Both the position numbers and the translations under genes were made by a program. Positions 35,620 through 48,713 of a stretch of 55,532 bases of DNA are shown piece after piece (position 1 is the stretch's first letter; each line of letters starts with the position of its first letter). The notes beneath the pieces were generated by a model. That model was not told the DNA's origin. It searched no databases and saw only the letters and a program-made list of their open reading frames with translations. Source of the DNA: Octopus bimaculoides (Eukaryota); assembly GCF_001194135.2 (NCBI RefSeq), contig NC_068993.1:39477436-39532967 (forward strand), written 5' to 3'.

Positions 35620-36952
35620 TTACATGTATGTATATATATGAAGGGGTTAGGTTAGGTTGTGTATTTGCTTAATGATGCCGTTATTGAAGCCAACAAAGAT
35701 AATGAAAAAGATCTGAAAGCAGAGTGTTCTTTTGTTCGTCCAATGTGCACCACATTATCGTGTAGGAAGAAAATTGTGTCCCAAGCCATATTCCCTACTT
35801 CTCCATGTTTGTCTACCAGAGAGACTTGAAATTAACAATAACTATAGAAACATTGGAAGAACACGAACGAATTCAACCAATACCACCAACATTTTCTGGA
35901 ATCTATTCTCCCTCCACCGTCTTATTCACAATAATCGTGTGAATAAAAAAAAGGGTACAAAAACCAAATATATATATAAAAAAAAGACAAAGAATGACAG
36001 AAAGAAAAAGAAAGAAAGAAAGAAGAAAAGAAAGAGAAAGCATAAATAATAAATGAACTCAAACGTAAATAACTAGACATTGACCTAGAACGAAATTGCT
36101 GCGAAAACAAAAGCTGAAGTTTTTCTTCCANNNNNNNNNNNNNNNNNNNNNNNNNNNNNNNNNNNNNNNNNNNNNNNNNNNNNNNNNNNNNNNNNNNNNN
36201 NNNNNNNNNNNNNNNNNNNNNNNNNNNNNNNNNNNNNNNNNNNNNNNNNNNNNNNNNNNNNNNNNNNNNNNNNNNNNNNNNNNNNNNNNNNNNNNNNNNN
36301 NNNNNNNNNNNNNNNNNNNNNNNNNNNNNNNNNNNNNNNNNNNNNNNNNNNNNNNNNNNNNNNNNNNNNNNNNNNNNNNNNNNNNNNNNNNNNNNNNNNN
36401 NNNNNNNNNNNNNNNNNNNNNNNNNNNNNNNNNNNNNNNNNNNNNNNNNNNNNNNNNNNNNNNNNNNNNNNNNNNNNNNNNNNNNNNNNNNNNNNNNNNN
36501 NNNNNNNNNNNNNNNNNNNNNNNNNNNNNNNNNNNNNNNNNNNNNNNNNNNNNNNNNNNNNNNNNNNNNNNNNNNNNNNNNNNNNNNNNNNNNNNNNNNN
36601 NNNNNNNNNNNNNNNNNNNNNNNNNNNNNNNNNNNNNNNNNNNNNNNNNNNNNNNNNNNNNNNNNNNNNNNNNNNNNNNNNNNNNNNNNNNNNNNNNNNN
36701 NNNNNNNNNNNNNNNNNNNNNNNNNNNNNNNNNNNNNNNNNNNNNNNNNNNNNNNNNNNNNNNNNNNNNNNNNNNNNNNNNNNNNNNNNNNNNNNNNNNN
36801 NNNNNNNNNNNNNNNNNNNNNNNNNNNNNNNNNNNNNNNNNNNNNNNNNNNNNNNNNNNNNNNNNNNNNNNNNNNNNNNNNNNNNNNNNNNNNNNNNNNN
36901 NNNNNNNNNNNNNNNNNNNNNNNNNNNCTATGATCTTTGTTCTGTTTTTTCG

Positions 36953-36987
<35 letters not shown>

Positions 36988-37136
36988 TTTTCCATTTATT
37001 AAATGTATTTATCAATTATTTCAAACAGCAACTTCAAGAACGATTTCATTGTTCAGATTATCGCTGTAGGTGTGGTAGATACATCCATGTATATGCGTAT
37101 ATAGATATGTACGCATGTATTAGCAGTGATTTCTGA

Positions 37137-37192
<56 letters not shown>

Positions 37193-37373
37193 ATAGTAGT
37201 AGTAGTCCCTTGTTATATATACCGTTGTTTGATCTTTTTATCTTTGACAACAGCACTTTACAAGTTCTTATCATCTGGAGGGGGTCATGGCGAACCCAAT
37301 AAAGTTGTTTACGATGTTGCTGTATGCTTAATAGAAGTAAAAGAGAGATAAACAAATAAATAGATAGTTAGGC

Positions 37374-37428
<55 letters not shown>

Positions 37429-37560
37429 CAAAGAGAAAACGAGAAAGAGAAGAGAAGGATAGAAAGAAAGAAAGAGATAGACAGACAGACAGACAGATAG
37501 ACAGATGAATTGATTGGTAGGTATATACAGACAGCTTGAAAGCTAGCTTCTAGCCAGATA

Positions 37561-37605
<45 letters not shown>

Positions 37606-37779
37606 TCAGACAGAGAAATAGACACACAAATAGATAGAAAAATGTAAAGATAAAGAGACAGATAACTAGACACAAAAGACAGACAGACAGACAGACTGAT
37701 AGATAGACGGAAAAATGTAGATAGATAGAGAGAGAGAGAGACAGAGAGACAGAGAGACAGAGAGATAGACAGACAAAGG

Positions 37780-37847
37780 TGGGTTATTCAGCTACTTCTG
37801 CTCGTGATCAGAGATGCAGATATCACCAGCCACTAAGGGACATGCCT
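37780..37847 (+). mobile_element. Fragment of repeat family D
   Basis: ctacttctgctcgtgatcagagatgcagatatcaccagccactaagggacatgc matches the reverse complement of about 46230-46290. Confidence 0.75.
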
Positions 37848-37899
37848 ATTATTATTATTATTATTGTTGTTGTTATTATTCTTATTATTTTCATTAGCA

Positions 37900-38554
37900 T
37901 CTTCTTTCAGTTCTTCTTCCATTTCTTGCCGAGTGTCTTCCTGACACTTAGGATAGAGAACCGTACTGTACACATTGGTCGGCCATCAAAATAAACCCAC
38001 CAGATTGTTCCTTTAGGAAGTCACGTGATAGAGAAAAAGAAAAAAGAAAGACAGAGGGAAAAAATAAAAAATAAAAATAAAAAAGTAATCAAAGAAAATA
38101 AAGGGGTGGGGGGAAGAAAATTCAAGAAAAGTAAAGAAAATACATAGCGACAATGCTCTTCCAATACGTATGACGTACCAGTTAAGAGAATCTTTTGCAC
38201 TTCCTGCATGGATGGTAAGTCAGGGATCATTCTTAAATATCTTTCACTTCCTTTTTTGATCATATCATTCCTGGTGCTCCTACAATCACTGGTATTGTAA
38301 CCGTCTTGAGATGCCACATCGTTTCGATTTGCATTAGCAAATCTTTATATTCTCTGAGCTTATCAAATTCTTTTGCCGAGATATTATGGTCACAGGGTAT
38401 GCTCATATCAATCAATAAGTAGAATTTAGTGCTTTGATCTTTTCAAGAATGTCTGGTTCATTTGCTTTGTTGCTCCGGACTTTACACGCTGGGAAGTCCC
38501 AATGAATAGTTACATTCTTTTCCTCGGTTATAGCCTCAGGGTGGTGTTTGTACC

Positions 38555-38556
<2 letters not shown>
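37900..38556 (-). mobile_element. R4/Dong-type RLE 3' fragment
   Basis: TIHWDFP, LIDMSIPCDHNISAKEFDKLREYKDL, IPVIVGAPG and QEVQKILLTGTSYVL on the minus strand. AAT-rich tail near 37850-37890. Confidence 0.85.
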
Positions 38557-38595
<39 letters not shown>

Positions 38596-38753
38596 TAGTT
38601 TTATTTTTATAACGTGCTTTCACTTCACTACCGAGCGCAGCTCTGTGCGCCTTGGGTATGTGCTGTGGTTTGCTGTGGTGCTCTTATGTTTACTGTATTG
38701 AAAGTGTTTTGCGTAGAATGTGTGCAGTACCCAGTAGTGCAATTTTCTGTATG
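38557..38753 (-). mobile_element. R4/Dong-type extreme 3' end with (TAA)n tail, continuing into a gap
   Basis: IQKIALLGTAHILRKTLSIQ*, short 3' UTR, then (AAT)n at 38557-38593. Confidence 0.85.
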
Positions 38754-39085
38754 NNNNNNNNNNNNNNNNNNNNNNNNNNNNNNNNNNNNNNNNNNNNNNN
38801 NNNNNNNNNNNNNNNNNNNNNNNNNNNNNNNNNNNNNNNNNNNNNNNNNNNNNNNNNNNNNNNNNNNNNNNNNNNNNNNNNNNNNNNNNNNNNNNNNNNN
38901 NNNNNNNNNNNNNNNNNNNNNNNNNNNNNNNNNNNNNNNNNNNNNNNNNNNNNNNNNNNNNNNNNNNNNNNNNNNNNNNNNNNNNNNNNNNNNNNNNNNN
39001 NNNNNNNNNNNNNNNNNNNNNNNNNNNNNNNNNNNNNNNNNNNNNNNNNNNNNNNNNNNNNNNNNNNNNNNNNNNNNNNNNNNNN

Positions 39086-39144
<59 letters not shown>

Positions 39145-40019
39145 CTGTTGGATTTATTTTCTTGTTAAACATAACAAGCTACCGAACTAACAATCTGTTT
39201 TGTATTCATAGCCTCGCACCATAACAGAAGATCCAGGAAGCTCACTAAGGCAATCTAACGTAATGATCATTAATAAATTATGTAGCGTCCCTACTGTTAA
39301 CAGTGATTAGTTATGCTAACTCATAATAGCTATTTAAAAGCTAGGTGATCTAAAAAAATAAGAGTCCGTTTCATATGTGAAAAGCAAAAATAAACATTGA
39401 ATAAATATGAATAAAGACAATTCACCTAAAGTTTTGTTTCGAGGTTTTGGCTTTTAAAGCATTTATATTTAAAGGCATTTTTAAAAATAAAAATACCTCA
39501 AAATTAAAAGATAAATGGCTCTCTTATAGTTAGGTTTAGCTCACGATGCACCTGCTTTGATAATCCAAATACCCGCAGTACTTAGCAGAATTCTCCAAGA
39601 AGTACAAACAACAACAACAACAACAATAATGATAATAATAATTTTATGCAATTTTTCGGTTGAATTTGGCAGATATATTATTCTATGCAGTTGACTGCAA
39701 GGGACAGCTGGGTTTTTACTAAATATAACCACGCAAAATAATTTGGATAAAACAACTACGAAACTTCTCTCAATACTAAGACATAATTCATTTTTAATTT
39801 GTTTCATTGTTACCATTGTTTTTAAAATATATCTTTCTTTTCCTTTGCATCTAAGTGAACTCGGGCGAAATATGAACATGCTATGTATGCTACACACAAA
39901 TTTTCATTAACGAAAAAAGCAACTTGTCGTGGATGTTACCACGTTAGATAAGTTTTAAGGCTTTCTTGAATAACTTAAGATCACACACCTGGCCTGGTAT
40001 TGTTGGTATGGAATTAACT

Positions 40020-40285
40020 TATTTATATTCCTTTCTACTATTGGCACAAGGCCTGAAATTTGGGGGAGGGGAATTTTCGATTTCATCGACCCCAGTGCAA
40101 AACTGGTACTTATTTCATCGATCCCGAGAGGATGACAGGTAAAGTCGACCTCGGCGGAATTTGAACTCAGAACGTAGCGACGGACGAAATACCGCTAAGC
40201 ACTTCGTTCGGCGTGCTCACGATTCTGCCAGCTCGCCACCTTAACTTATTCTTTTCTACTCTAGGCACAAGGCCCGAAATTTTGT
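40020..40285 (-). mobile_element. SINE family A, full length, plus a second tail stub
   Basis: Reverse complement of head (aaggtggcgagctggcagaatcg), core and A2 tail. An extra ctaggcacaaggcccgaaatttt lies at about 40246-40285. Confidence 0.9.
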
Positions 40286-40696
40286 GTTGAAACAGATATT
40301 GTTATATTTTGGGATGGTCATTTTTGGACTAGAGGAGATACGTGAGATGGAGAGTCGCTGAAGAGGTCAAAGGATGTGTGACAAAAGATTTCAGAGAAAG
40401 GATACTAAGATAATTAAGCTGAAGCGAAGGAACAATATATAGGGCGTGTGGTTATTTGACAAGAAGAAAAAAAATTACCATCCTGAAATATTACAATATA
40501 TAACAATATATATTTATATATAAATCGAGAGATAGAGATAATGATACAACAATAAGACGGAAGAAATAGGGATTTTTCTGCATTTGTATACAAATATAAA
40601 AAGCTGGCTCCGTCTAAGGAAATTATAGAATTCAATTGTACGTAAATGTATTCCAATGCGTGTATACACACACATACACACACACACACACACAAA

Positions 40697-40890
40697 GGTG
40701 CTGAACAATTATTCGATTTAGGGGTATCGTGAAAGGCCTGGTTGCAGGCCCAACTTCCCTAGATCATTTACAAAGCTTAGGAAAGCTGAAAGACCGCTGC
40801 AATAAATGTGTGATTCTGAGAGTGGAATAATTAACTGATCCTCCTATATTTCCTTTTACCCAAAGCCATGAACTTTTCAGCACCCCCTCA
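40697..40890. mobile_element. Short mariner-type MITE (second TIR family)
   Basis: The right end, read on the minus strand, is ta|tgagggggtgctgaaaagttc. The left end ggtgctgaacaatt is a degenerate inverted match. Confidence 0.5.
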
Positions 40891-41315
40891 TACACACACA
40901 GAGACACATATACACACACACACGTGTTGTTCGTGTGAATGATTTAATTTATATCTATGTTTGCTTGTATGCTTCAACCACATCAATATTCGACACTAAC
41001 AATATGATTTCCAATAGAACACATACTGGTTCAAAGTGAACGGTATTCCAATTGTACACAGCTTGATATTCTTTTATTCTTTTCCCCTGTAAACTTTCCT
41101 TATTCATTTATTAATTGTGTTCACACAATCCTACGTCCTTTTGTATCTCAGGTACATAATTAATACAATTAATGCAATAAAAGTACTTAAAAAATTAATT
41201 ACCATCTGTTACTATTTATTACAGTACGAAAAAGAAAAATAATTGTTTGTTTCTCACTTCATTTTTCCAATCGACAATAATAGAAATAAGTAAATCGTTA
41301 TTTTCATAATTACTT

Positions 41316-41728
41316 GGGCAGCATGCTGGCAGAATCGTTAGCACGCCGGTTTAGAATGCCTAGCTGTATTTCGTTTGCCGTTATGTTCTGAGTTTAAATT
41401 CTGCCGAAGTCGACTTTGCTTTTCATTCTTTCGGAGTCGATAAATTAAATACCAGTTACGCACTGGAATCGATGTAATCGGCTTAATCGCTGTTCTTTTT
41501 TTTTTGTTCCCTCTATGTTTAGCCTCCTGTGGGCAATAAAGAAATAAGAATCGTTATCGCCTTTGCTGTAAGGCTGGGCAGCATTCCTCTGAGTTCAAAT
41601 TTCGCCGAGGTCGACTGTGCCTTTCATCCTTTCTTGGTCGATGAAATAATTACCAGTTATGCACTGGGGTCGATGTAATCGACTACCTTTCTCTCACTAA
41701 AGTTTTAGGCCTTGTGCCTATAGTAGAA

Positions 41729-41732
<4 letters not shown>
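41316..41732 (+). mobile_element. Composite SINE family A: A1 copy followed by a headless A2 copy
   Basis: The A1 tail ends aataaagaaataag|aatcgtta, then ...ctgagttcaaatttcgccgagg...ggggtcgatgtaatcgact...ggccttgtgcctatagtagaaa and (TTA)n. Confidence 0.85.
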
Positions 41733-41809
<77 letters not shown>

Positions 41810-41811
<2 letters not shown>

Positions 41812-41960
41812 GGCAGCGAGCTGACAGAATCATTACTGGGCCGGAAAAATTGCTTAGCGGCATTTCTTCCGACTTTACGCTCCGTGGTCGACTTTGCCTT
41901 TTATCCTTTCGAGGTCGATAAAATAAAATCGACTCATTCCCATTTGACCTTGTGGCAAAA
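41810..41960 (+). mobile_element. SINE family A, internally deleted, between two (TTA)n tracts
   Basis: aaggcagcgagctgacagaatc...gtcgactttgccttttatcctttcgaggtcgataaaat. Confidence 0.8.
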
Positions 41961-41999
41961 AATTGAAATAAAAAAAAATTATTATTATTATTATTTACT

Positions 42000-43295
42000 T
42001 CCTCGCATAGCAGTAGTGTTAGTAATTCTAAATGCCTCAAAGAACATCGGACCACTTACTTGTGTCTTCAGATGATCTATCAATTTTACCAGTTTTTTGA
42101 AACGCGCAATGAAACAAATTTTCCTATCAATAGCTTGTAATTTTTGGGTGCTCCAATCGATGATACCTGCAATGTATCGAATGATATCTGCACTGTATCG
42201 AATGATCTAAACACTGTGTGTGTGTTGACAATTGTGATGATATTTCTACTGGTTAAGGTGGCGAGCTTGCGGAATCGTTAGCACGTTACGAGCAAAATGC
42301 TTAGCTATATTCCGTCCGTTCTGAGTTCAAATTCCGGCAAGGTTGACTTTGCCTTTTATTCCTTCGTGGTCGATAAAATAAGTACCAGTCGAATATTGAG
42401 GTCGCTGTAATTGTTTTGATATTTTCTTCGCCTTTCTTATGCATTCCTCTTTCAATATACCTATCATTTTGCTCTCGCTTTTATACAAACAATTTCCTGC
42501 TCGTTTACTTATCGATTGGAAAGCTAAATATTTCTACTCAGTTTCTGCATTAACTTCCATTATATTTCTACCTGTAGGGGGCTAAATTGTCCAGATCCCA
42601 GACAATCTGATCATCGTCTTGATAAGGGTGCATTACTGACCACTGCCAAATCATTCTTAAGGTCTCATTGAATATACTAACTCCACTCCAAATATCAAGT
42701 TGTTTTCCATCCTTACCATTGATTTCAGATCGCCCATAAATAAGAGATATTTGATGATGTTTGTATCTTATTACGTGGTTCATATTCCACTCTTACCTTT
42801 CTCAAGAAATGTTTCACGGGAATCCATTTCTTAAAACAAGACTAATTACTTATAGTAAAAATTATAAGATTATCTCCTTGAAATATTCCTCTCTTCATCT
42901 TTACTTTCTCAAATATCCAGCCAGCGTCATATATGTCTACAAGAGGTTCATGCTCTTACTGAAAAATGATGTGATGTTATTGAGTATTTTGAATACGTCC
43001 AAGCATTTTTTTTTATCTAAGAATGTAGAACTATAGAACAAGTTTTATTTTAATAATCACTGTAAAACATAGCTAACACTTCCTATCTTCGTTTATAATT
43101 TCGGATTATTATTTTATTTATAACAAGTTGATCTTTTGTTTCCCTGCTTTGTTGTTGGTGACAATTTCTATTTTTCAAGCAGTAGTTGGCAGATATTCAA
43201 GTCTTAGTGGTTTTTCTTCGGACATCATACTGGTCAGTTGATTCCACATTGTTTGAAAACAATTGGTAGATCTGTAGTTGTTTATTTTTGAACAT
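42000..43295 (-). mobile_element. Decayed R4/Dong-type reverse transcriptase domain, interrupted by a family A SINE
   Basis: Minus-strand motifs in correct order across frameshifts: NYRSTNCFQTMW (about 43250), TKDQLV (about 43130), KRGIFQGD (about 42880), LLFMGDLK (about 42735), KYLAF (about 42520), AGIIDW...LQAIDRK (about 42150). Confidence 0.8.
42254..42412 (+). mobile_element. SINE family A inserted in the R4/Dong remnant
   Basis: aaggtggcgagcttgcggaatcgttagcacg...gagttcaaattccggcaagg...aagtaccagtcg. Confidence 0.85.
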
Positions 43296-43620
43296 CCGCG
43301 TAAGGTAAGGTGTCCGGATTCAATTCCTGGTCAGTGTAATGCGTCGTGTTTTCCTATCAAGCTACTTCCTCTCATGTCGCTGCACACTTCTCACCTATAA
43401 TATGTACCGACCATGCGAAGGCACATCCTTTTTTACTTTTTTTCCAGTTGTTTTGCTTTGGGTGTTCTGTTGGGTTAAGGGTAAGGGATCCCAGATGGTG
43501 TCTATACCTCCTCGCAGCAACATAAGCTTCCAAAGCAATGAGCGAAGGTATGGGGTATATTATCACGCCATCCTCGCACGCGTGTGATAGCAGGCTATGC
43601 AGTACAAACCCGTGTCTGAG
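43295..43620 (+). mobile_element. Possible old tRNA-derived SINE (unclassified)
   Basis: B-box-like ggattcaattcctgg followed by a CORE-like gtgttttcctatcaagctacttcctctcatgtcgct segment. Confidence 0.35.
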
Positions 43621-43857
43621 TAGCACTATTTTGATAGGAAATTTTACAGTAGTTAAACAAACAATTATTATGGAACTCTCGTATATATTTTATTGAACTT
43701 GTAGTAACAAGATAGCTTTGAAATAAGTTAATAAGATACAGAGAGATTATATACATTCCCATTATTTTAAGTAATAACGCCGTCTTGATTGCCTTCAGCA
43801 TTTGAGTATGATAGATATTTTACCTGGGAATAATAAGGTGTTTATATTGAGACAGAT

Positions 43858-44073
43858 TGTTGCAAATATATCGTCGAGTCGGAGATGACTGGAGTTCGTG
43901 GCCTGGGGCGGAGGAGCGAATTGGTTTTCTTTCTGAGGTAGTCTCGCATCAGAATTTTTTTACTGTAAAGTCAGGAAGGAAAGAGAATGCTCAAGTCTCT
44001 TTATAAGCCTTTCGAGACGAGACGTGTTGGAGACGTATCCCCAAACTGAAGGTTGGTTCGAATATTTGCAACG
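43858..44073 (-). mobile_element. Probable solo LTR (about 215 bp)
   Basis: Inverted ends TGTTGCAAATAT and ATATTTGCAACG; on the minus strand a TATAAA followed by an A-rich signal. No TSD found. Confidence 0.5.
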
Positions 44074-46017
44074 GTAGACATCACTGAGCGATCCGAAGGA
44101 TCGGATAAGGTGCGCGACTAAGCGACAAAACTTTGATTTTAAAGCTGAAATCTAACGAAAGAAATCGTGGAGTACATTTGCAGCTCAATGCAGTGCAGTG
44201 AGTTGTTTATTCCAATATTGAAGGTTCTTATTTACAGATAGATGGTCTGGTCATTTGATAGGTTAGCACTTGTGCCATGGGTACTCTAGTGTCTATAACA
44301 ATATATGAACTAGCGAATTTTCAGTTGGTTGTCTGACACGTTATCAATCGTGGTTCTGTGAGCTATGGAAAAATATAATTGAAAGAATATCAAATAAATA
44401 GGTTTCTTTAATAAATTTCTATAAATTCGAGTTTGAATTATTAATCTCCAAAATAACTGAAATTAGGAATAACACTAAAAGAATGAAAGAACGATAGAAA
44501 TAAATAAAGAAATAGACAAATAAATGAATCAGTGAAAGAAGAATTGTGATGAAGAGTATACAGAATTAAATACAAGATCGAAGTAAATGGATGAATGATC
44601 AATAGAAAGAAATTAAAATTTGAAAGACAGAATTGAATAAAAGAAAATATATTTCTCTTAAAGTTGGCTTAGATTTGCTTCAAAATGTTTTATTTTTATT
44701 TTTATTTTCTCTTTCTTTTATTTTTATAATTAATAGGATTTTTGTAAATATTAAGATGATATCCTCGTTAGCTTTAGTTATTTTCAAACAATTTTGCTAA
44801 CTTGCTGATCTTTTGTGTCTGTATTTTTTTCCTTTTTCATGTTTATTTGTAATTTTATTCAGTCAAAGTTAATGAGGGAATGTTCTTATCAGTTCAAAAG
44901 TCCAGCACAAAAAATAAAGCAAAAAAAAGAATAAAAGATCTTCATATAAATGGAATAGGCAGTAGAAATAAATTGGCATATATCACCAAATTTTAAACAT
45001 GGTTCAGCTACTGACGAAACAGGAATATATTCTTATCTGTAATCTACGATGGAAATAATAAGGAAATACAGAAAGAACATCATAATAATGGTAAGCCTTT
45101 GATCAGCTTGCAATTTTGTATCTGAATCTGGCACAAGACGGATCATTCTATCCAGTATCTATATCTCTATAGTAAGAAGCTGTCTGTGATCTGATAGAAC
45201 CATTTTCAACAATATTAATCTATACACTGGACTAATTCCATCTAATATAACTTGCACAACTATATGGAGTCCAATTCTAGTATTTATAGCTCAATTTTCT
45301 CACTTTATCCATTATACAGTAAACATGCGTTATCTTCTGCCATGCTCTCTTGCATTTTTTTCTACGTATAATTTTCCTTTATCTTTGAAATTATAATGTA
45401 AGTTTGGAAACTGAGTTCTAAGATAAAGGTCTGCAACTAACAATTACAGATTACGATCATGCTCATTACTTAGACATTATTATTGACTGTGCAAACAGCA
45501 TTCACAAAGACACACACACCGATACATCCGTACATGCATGCATACATACAAACACACACACACATATCCATGAGTAGACATTTTGTAAATATACGCAAAT
45601 ACACATGCAACTATATAATCACACTCATGGACAGATGCATGCATTCATGCATACATACACACAGCCACACACGGTCATAGGGACATACTTACTTAAGCAT
45701 AGATAGATAACCCTATATGCATTCACATAGAGAATCATCGATGCACACAAGTCAACACAAATGTATATACACAGACAATTACAATCTTTCATACAAGCTT
45801 ATAGTAGAAATCATTTATTTGCTATATTTATTCATATAGCCATGGTGATCATACGCTGATTGTTTGGATGGAGAGATACGTAACTCTAAAAGACTCACTG
45901 TTACGAATTGTCTTTATGAAGTTCATCATCAAGATTATAATCATTTTAACAATTTCAAAATCTCAGAAACAAGCATAAAGTTATACACACAGCGACGATG
46001 ACTACGACGACGACAAT

Positions 46018-46575
46018 GACTACGACGACGACGACAACAACAACAACAACAACAACAACTGCCCTGATGCAGTACCAAGCAGTGGTTCCATGGCTTTTGA
46101 ACTTAACTGATTGGAAGTGTTATCGTGTACATTGTTTTGTTGTGGTATAAAAGATGGGCTACAGCAAATATTCTGCTCAATACCACTGATTTGCTTGTCA
46201 GTTGCTTAACCTTAACCAGTTGAGAATTCCCTTAATGGCTAAGGATATGTGCATCTCTGATCACGAGCAAATGTAGTTGGGGAGCATCATAGCCATGTGT
46301 TGAGAGGAATTCTTTGGGGTTTGAATAATTCACCTCTGGAAACATGCGTTCATCATCCTTAAGCAAACCTTATTCAGGGACTTTTTGAGCAGGAAGGGCT
46401 ACTCAACCTGAAGAACATTTTAACTGGGCCCCACCAGCAAGATCATGCGTAGTTTATCTTGATACGAGATCACCATGTCACATACATATGGTTGTGATGC
46501 ATGTGCCTGGTGTACCCTTAACAGTCAGGTAGTCATGATGGGTATATTTGTACCCCTGTGTCACTTTGATGGCCT
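46018..46575 (-). mobile_element. Interspersed repeat family D (SINE-like, simple-repeat tail)
   Basis: About 530-bp GC-balanced unit ending in (GTT)n on its own strand, with a second partial copy at 37780-37847. No clear tRNA boxes. Confidence 0.65.
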
Positions 46576-46594
46576 GCACTGCTCTCTCTCACTG

Positions 46595-46601
46595 AATAAT
46601 A

Positions 46602-46663
<62 letters not shown>

Positions 46664-46700
46664 AATGATCATGATCATGACGACGACGTCGACGACGATG
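46595..46700. repeat. (GAT)n/(GAC)n microsatellite; (GTA)n at 7557-7590 and 37140-37205
   Basis: Direct reading. Confidence 0.97.
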
Positions 46701-48092
46701 AATCAAAGGATGATATTTTGTTTCAAGCTGAAGGATTTTATATCAGTATAATGGACTTGCAACAAAATGTCGCCGGCGTGATAATAAACGAACGTAGTGT
46801 AGACTATTGAATAAAACGCCGTATATTACTGGTATATATTAATTCGCACATGTATGCACGTATACACGTATATACGAAGAGCTCCAAAACAGTTTCCGTC
46901 TACCAAATTCATTTACAAGGCATTAGACGGCCCGGAACTAGAATAAAAGTCATATACCACACAGTAAGACCGATCACTTTCAATCAGTTAAAATCAGAAA
47001 CCACGTGAATTATTATTATTATAATTTCTATCATTAGTATGACTTTGTCATATAAAGAATAGACAGTATATAGTTGACCGTATATAATAAAGAAAAATGA
47101 ATGTGATGGGTAGAAAATGGGACGGTATACGAAGATACAAAATGACAGAATGTAGAATATAACGACTGTATATTGAGGTAGAAGAATATGAAAACATAAT
47201 ATGAAGAGAGGATATGAAAGTGTGCGTATATGAAGACAGAATATAAAAGGTGAGAGAATATTTGTCAAGGGAAAAATATCGGAGTGTTTTAACAAGCCGT
47301 ATTGAAGAAATAATTGTATTAATTGAAATTTATTTACATTAAGAAATTACCATTGAAGATGGAAAGATAAACTCTGCAATGATAATTTAATTAGGTAATG
47401 TGTCATAAATATACCAACCTGCAATTTATCAATGTCTTCTTGACAAGTGTATCGTCACATTAGACAGAGTTAATGTCACAACAAATGCAACTAAGACAGC
47501 AAAGAAGACAATAAACTAACCGAAATACCAAAGCGAAACGAAAGACATCTGGATGATAAGCAAAGGGGGAGAGACTAATACGTTTCAAGAATTAGTTTAC
47601 ATTTGAACTGGTCCTTCTTTCTATGTTTCGTCGTAAGAAGAAGGAGTTATAAATGAAACGCATTTCATCATTGGTCTGTCCTGTACAGGTGAACTGCGAG
47701 AAAAAGCCCATATCAATTATTAAATTATAGTTCAGTGGGTAGTAACTGAAGAGCAATTAATTATTAAAATGATAAATTTGACGCTTTCTTAAAAAAAAAT
47801 TCAATCTTAAATAAGAGCTTTATTTCGTTTTAAACGGTAGTCGTAAACTATAGGAGTCGTTAATAACTGATTTCTAACATTTCAACAACAGACGTTTAGT
47901 AGTTACTATGGTGAAAGTGACAAATGAGTACCTGTGCAATAGGCGCAGAACAAATATCAAAAGGAACACCGTTCGAAGCCGCCCGTTTGCCTGTTAACAA
48001 GCCGATGTTTATATCTATTGCCAACGTAAATCAGTGAAACATACACACATGCACGCACGTGCACACGTATGAACACACCTATGTCTGCTTAC

Positions 48093-48136
<44 letters not shown>

Positions 48137-48263
48137 NNNNNNNNNNNNNNNNNNNNNNNNNNNNNNNNNNNNNNNNNNNNNNNNNNNNNNNNNNNNNNNN
48201 NNNNNNNNNNNNNNNNNNNNNNNNNNNNNNNNNNNNNNNNNNNNNNNNNNNNNNNNNNNNNNN

Positions 48264-48296
<33 letters not shown>

Positions 48297-48655
48297 TTAT
48301 ATGTGTGTGTATCTGTGAGTGTGTCTGCGTGTATGTATGTAGTATGTGAGTGCATGTACTTACATTCACATGAAACGGGCTTCTGTACAGTTTTCCGTCT
48401 CCCAGACTCTAGTGCCACGCCATTGATTAGGACAGAAGTCACTTACCGTAGATCTTACAACACCATCCTCCTAGCTACAGGAAAATAAGATGGCGAAACA
48501 ACATATCGCAAAACAAACATTAAAATATATTGCACAATAAGAGATATTTGTTATGGAAAAATTAACAAAGTTGAATATTCAGCGCACACTTTGATTTTGT
48601 TTAACATATAGAAGAGTGGTGAGAGTTCTGGTTATACAAACATACACATGTATAT

Positions 48656-48713
<58 letters not shown>

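Noticed and set aside
35645-35657. TTAGG telomere-like repeats
   Set aside because: Only two units.
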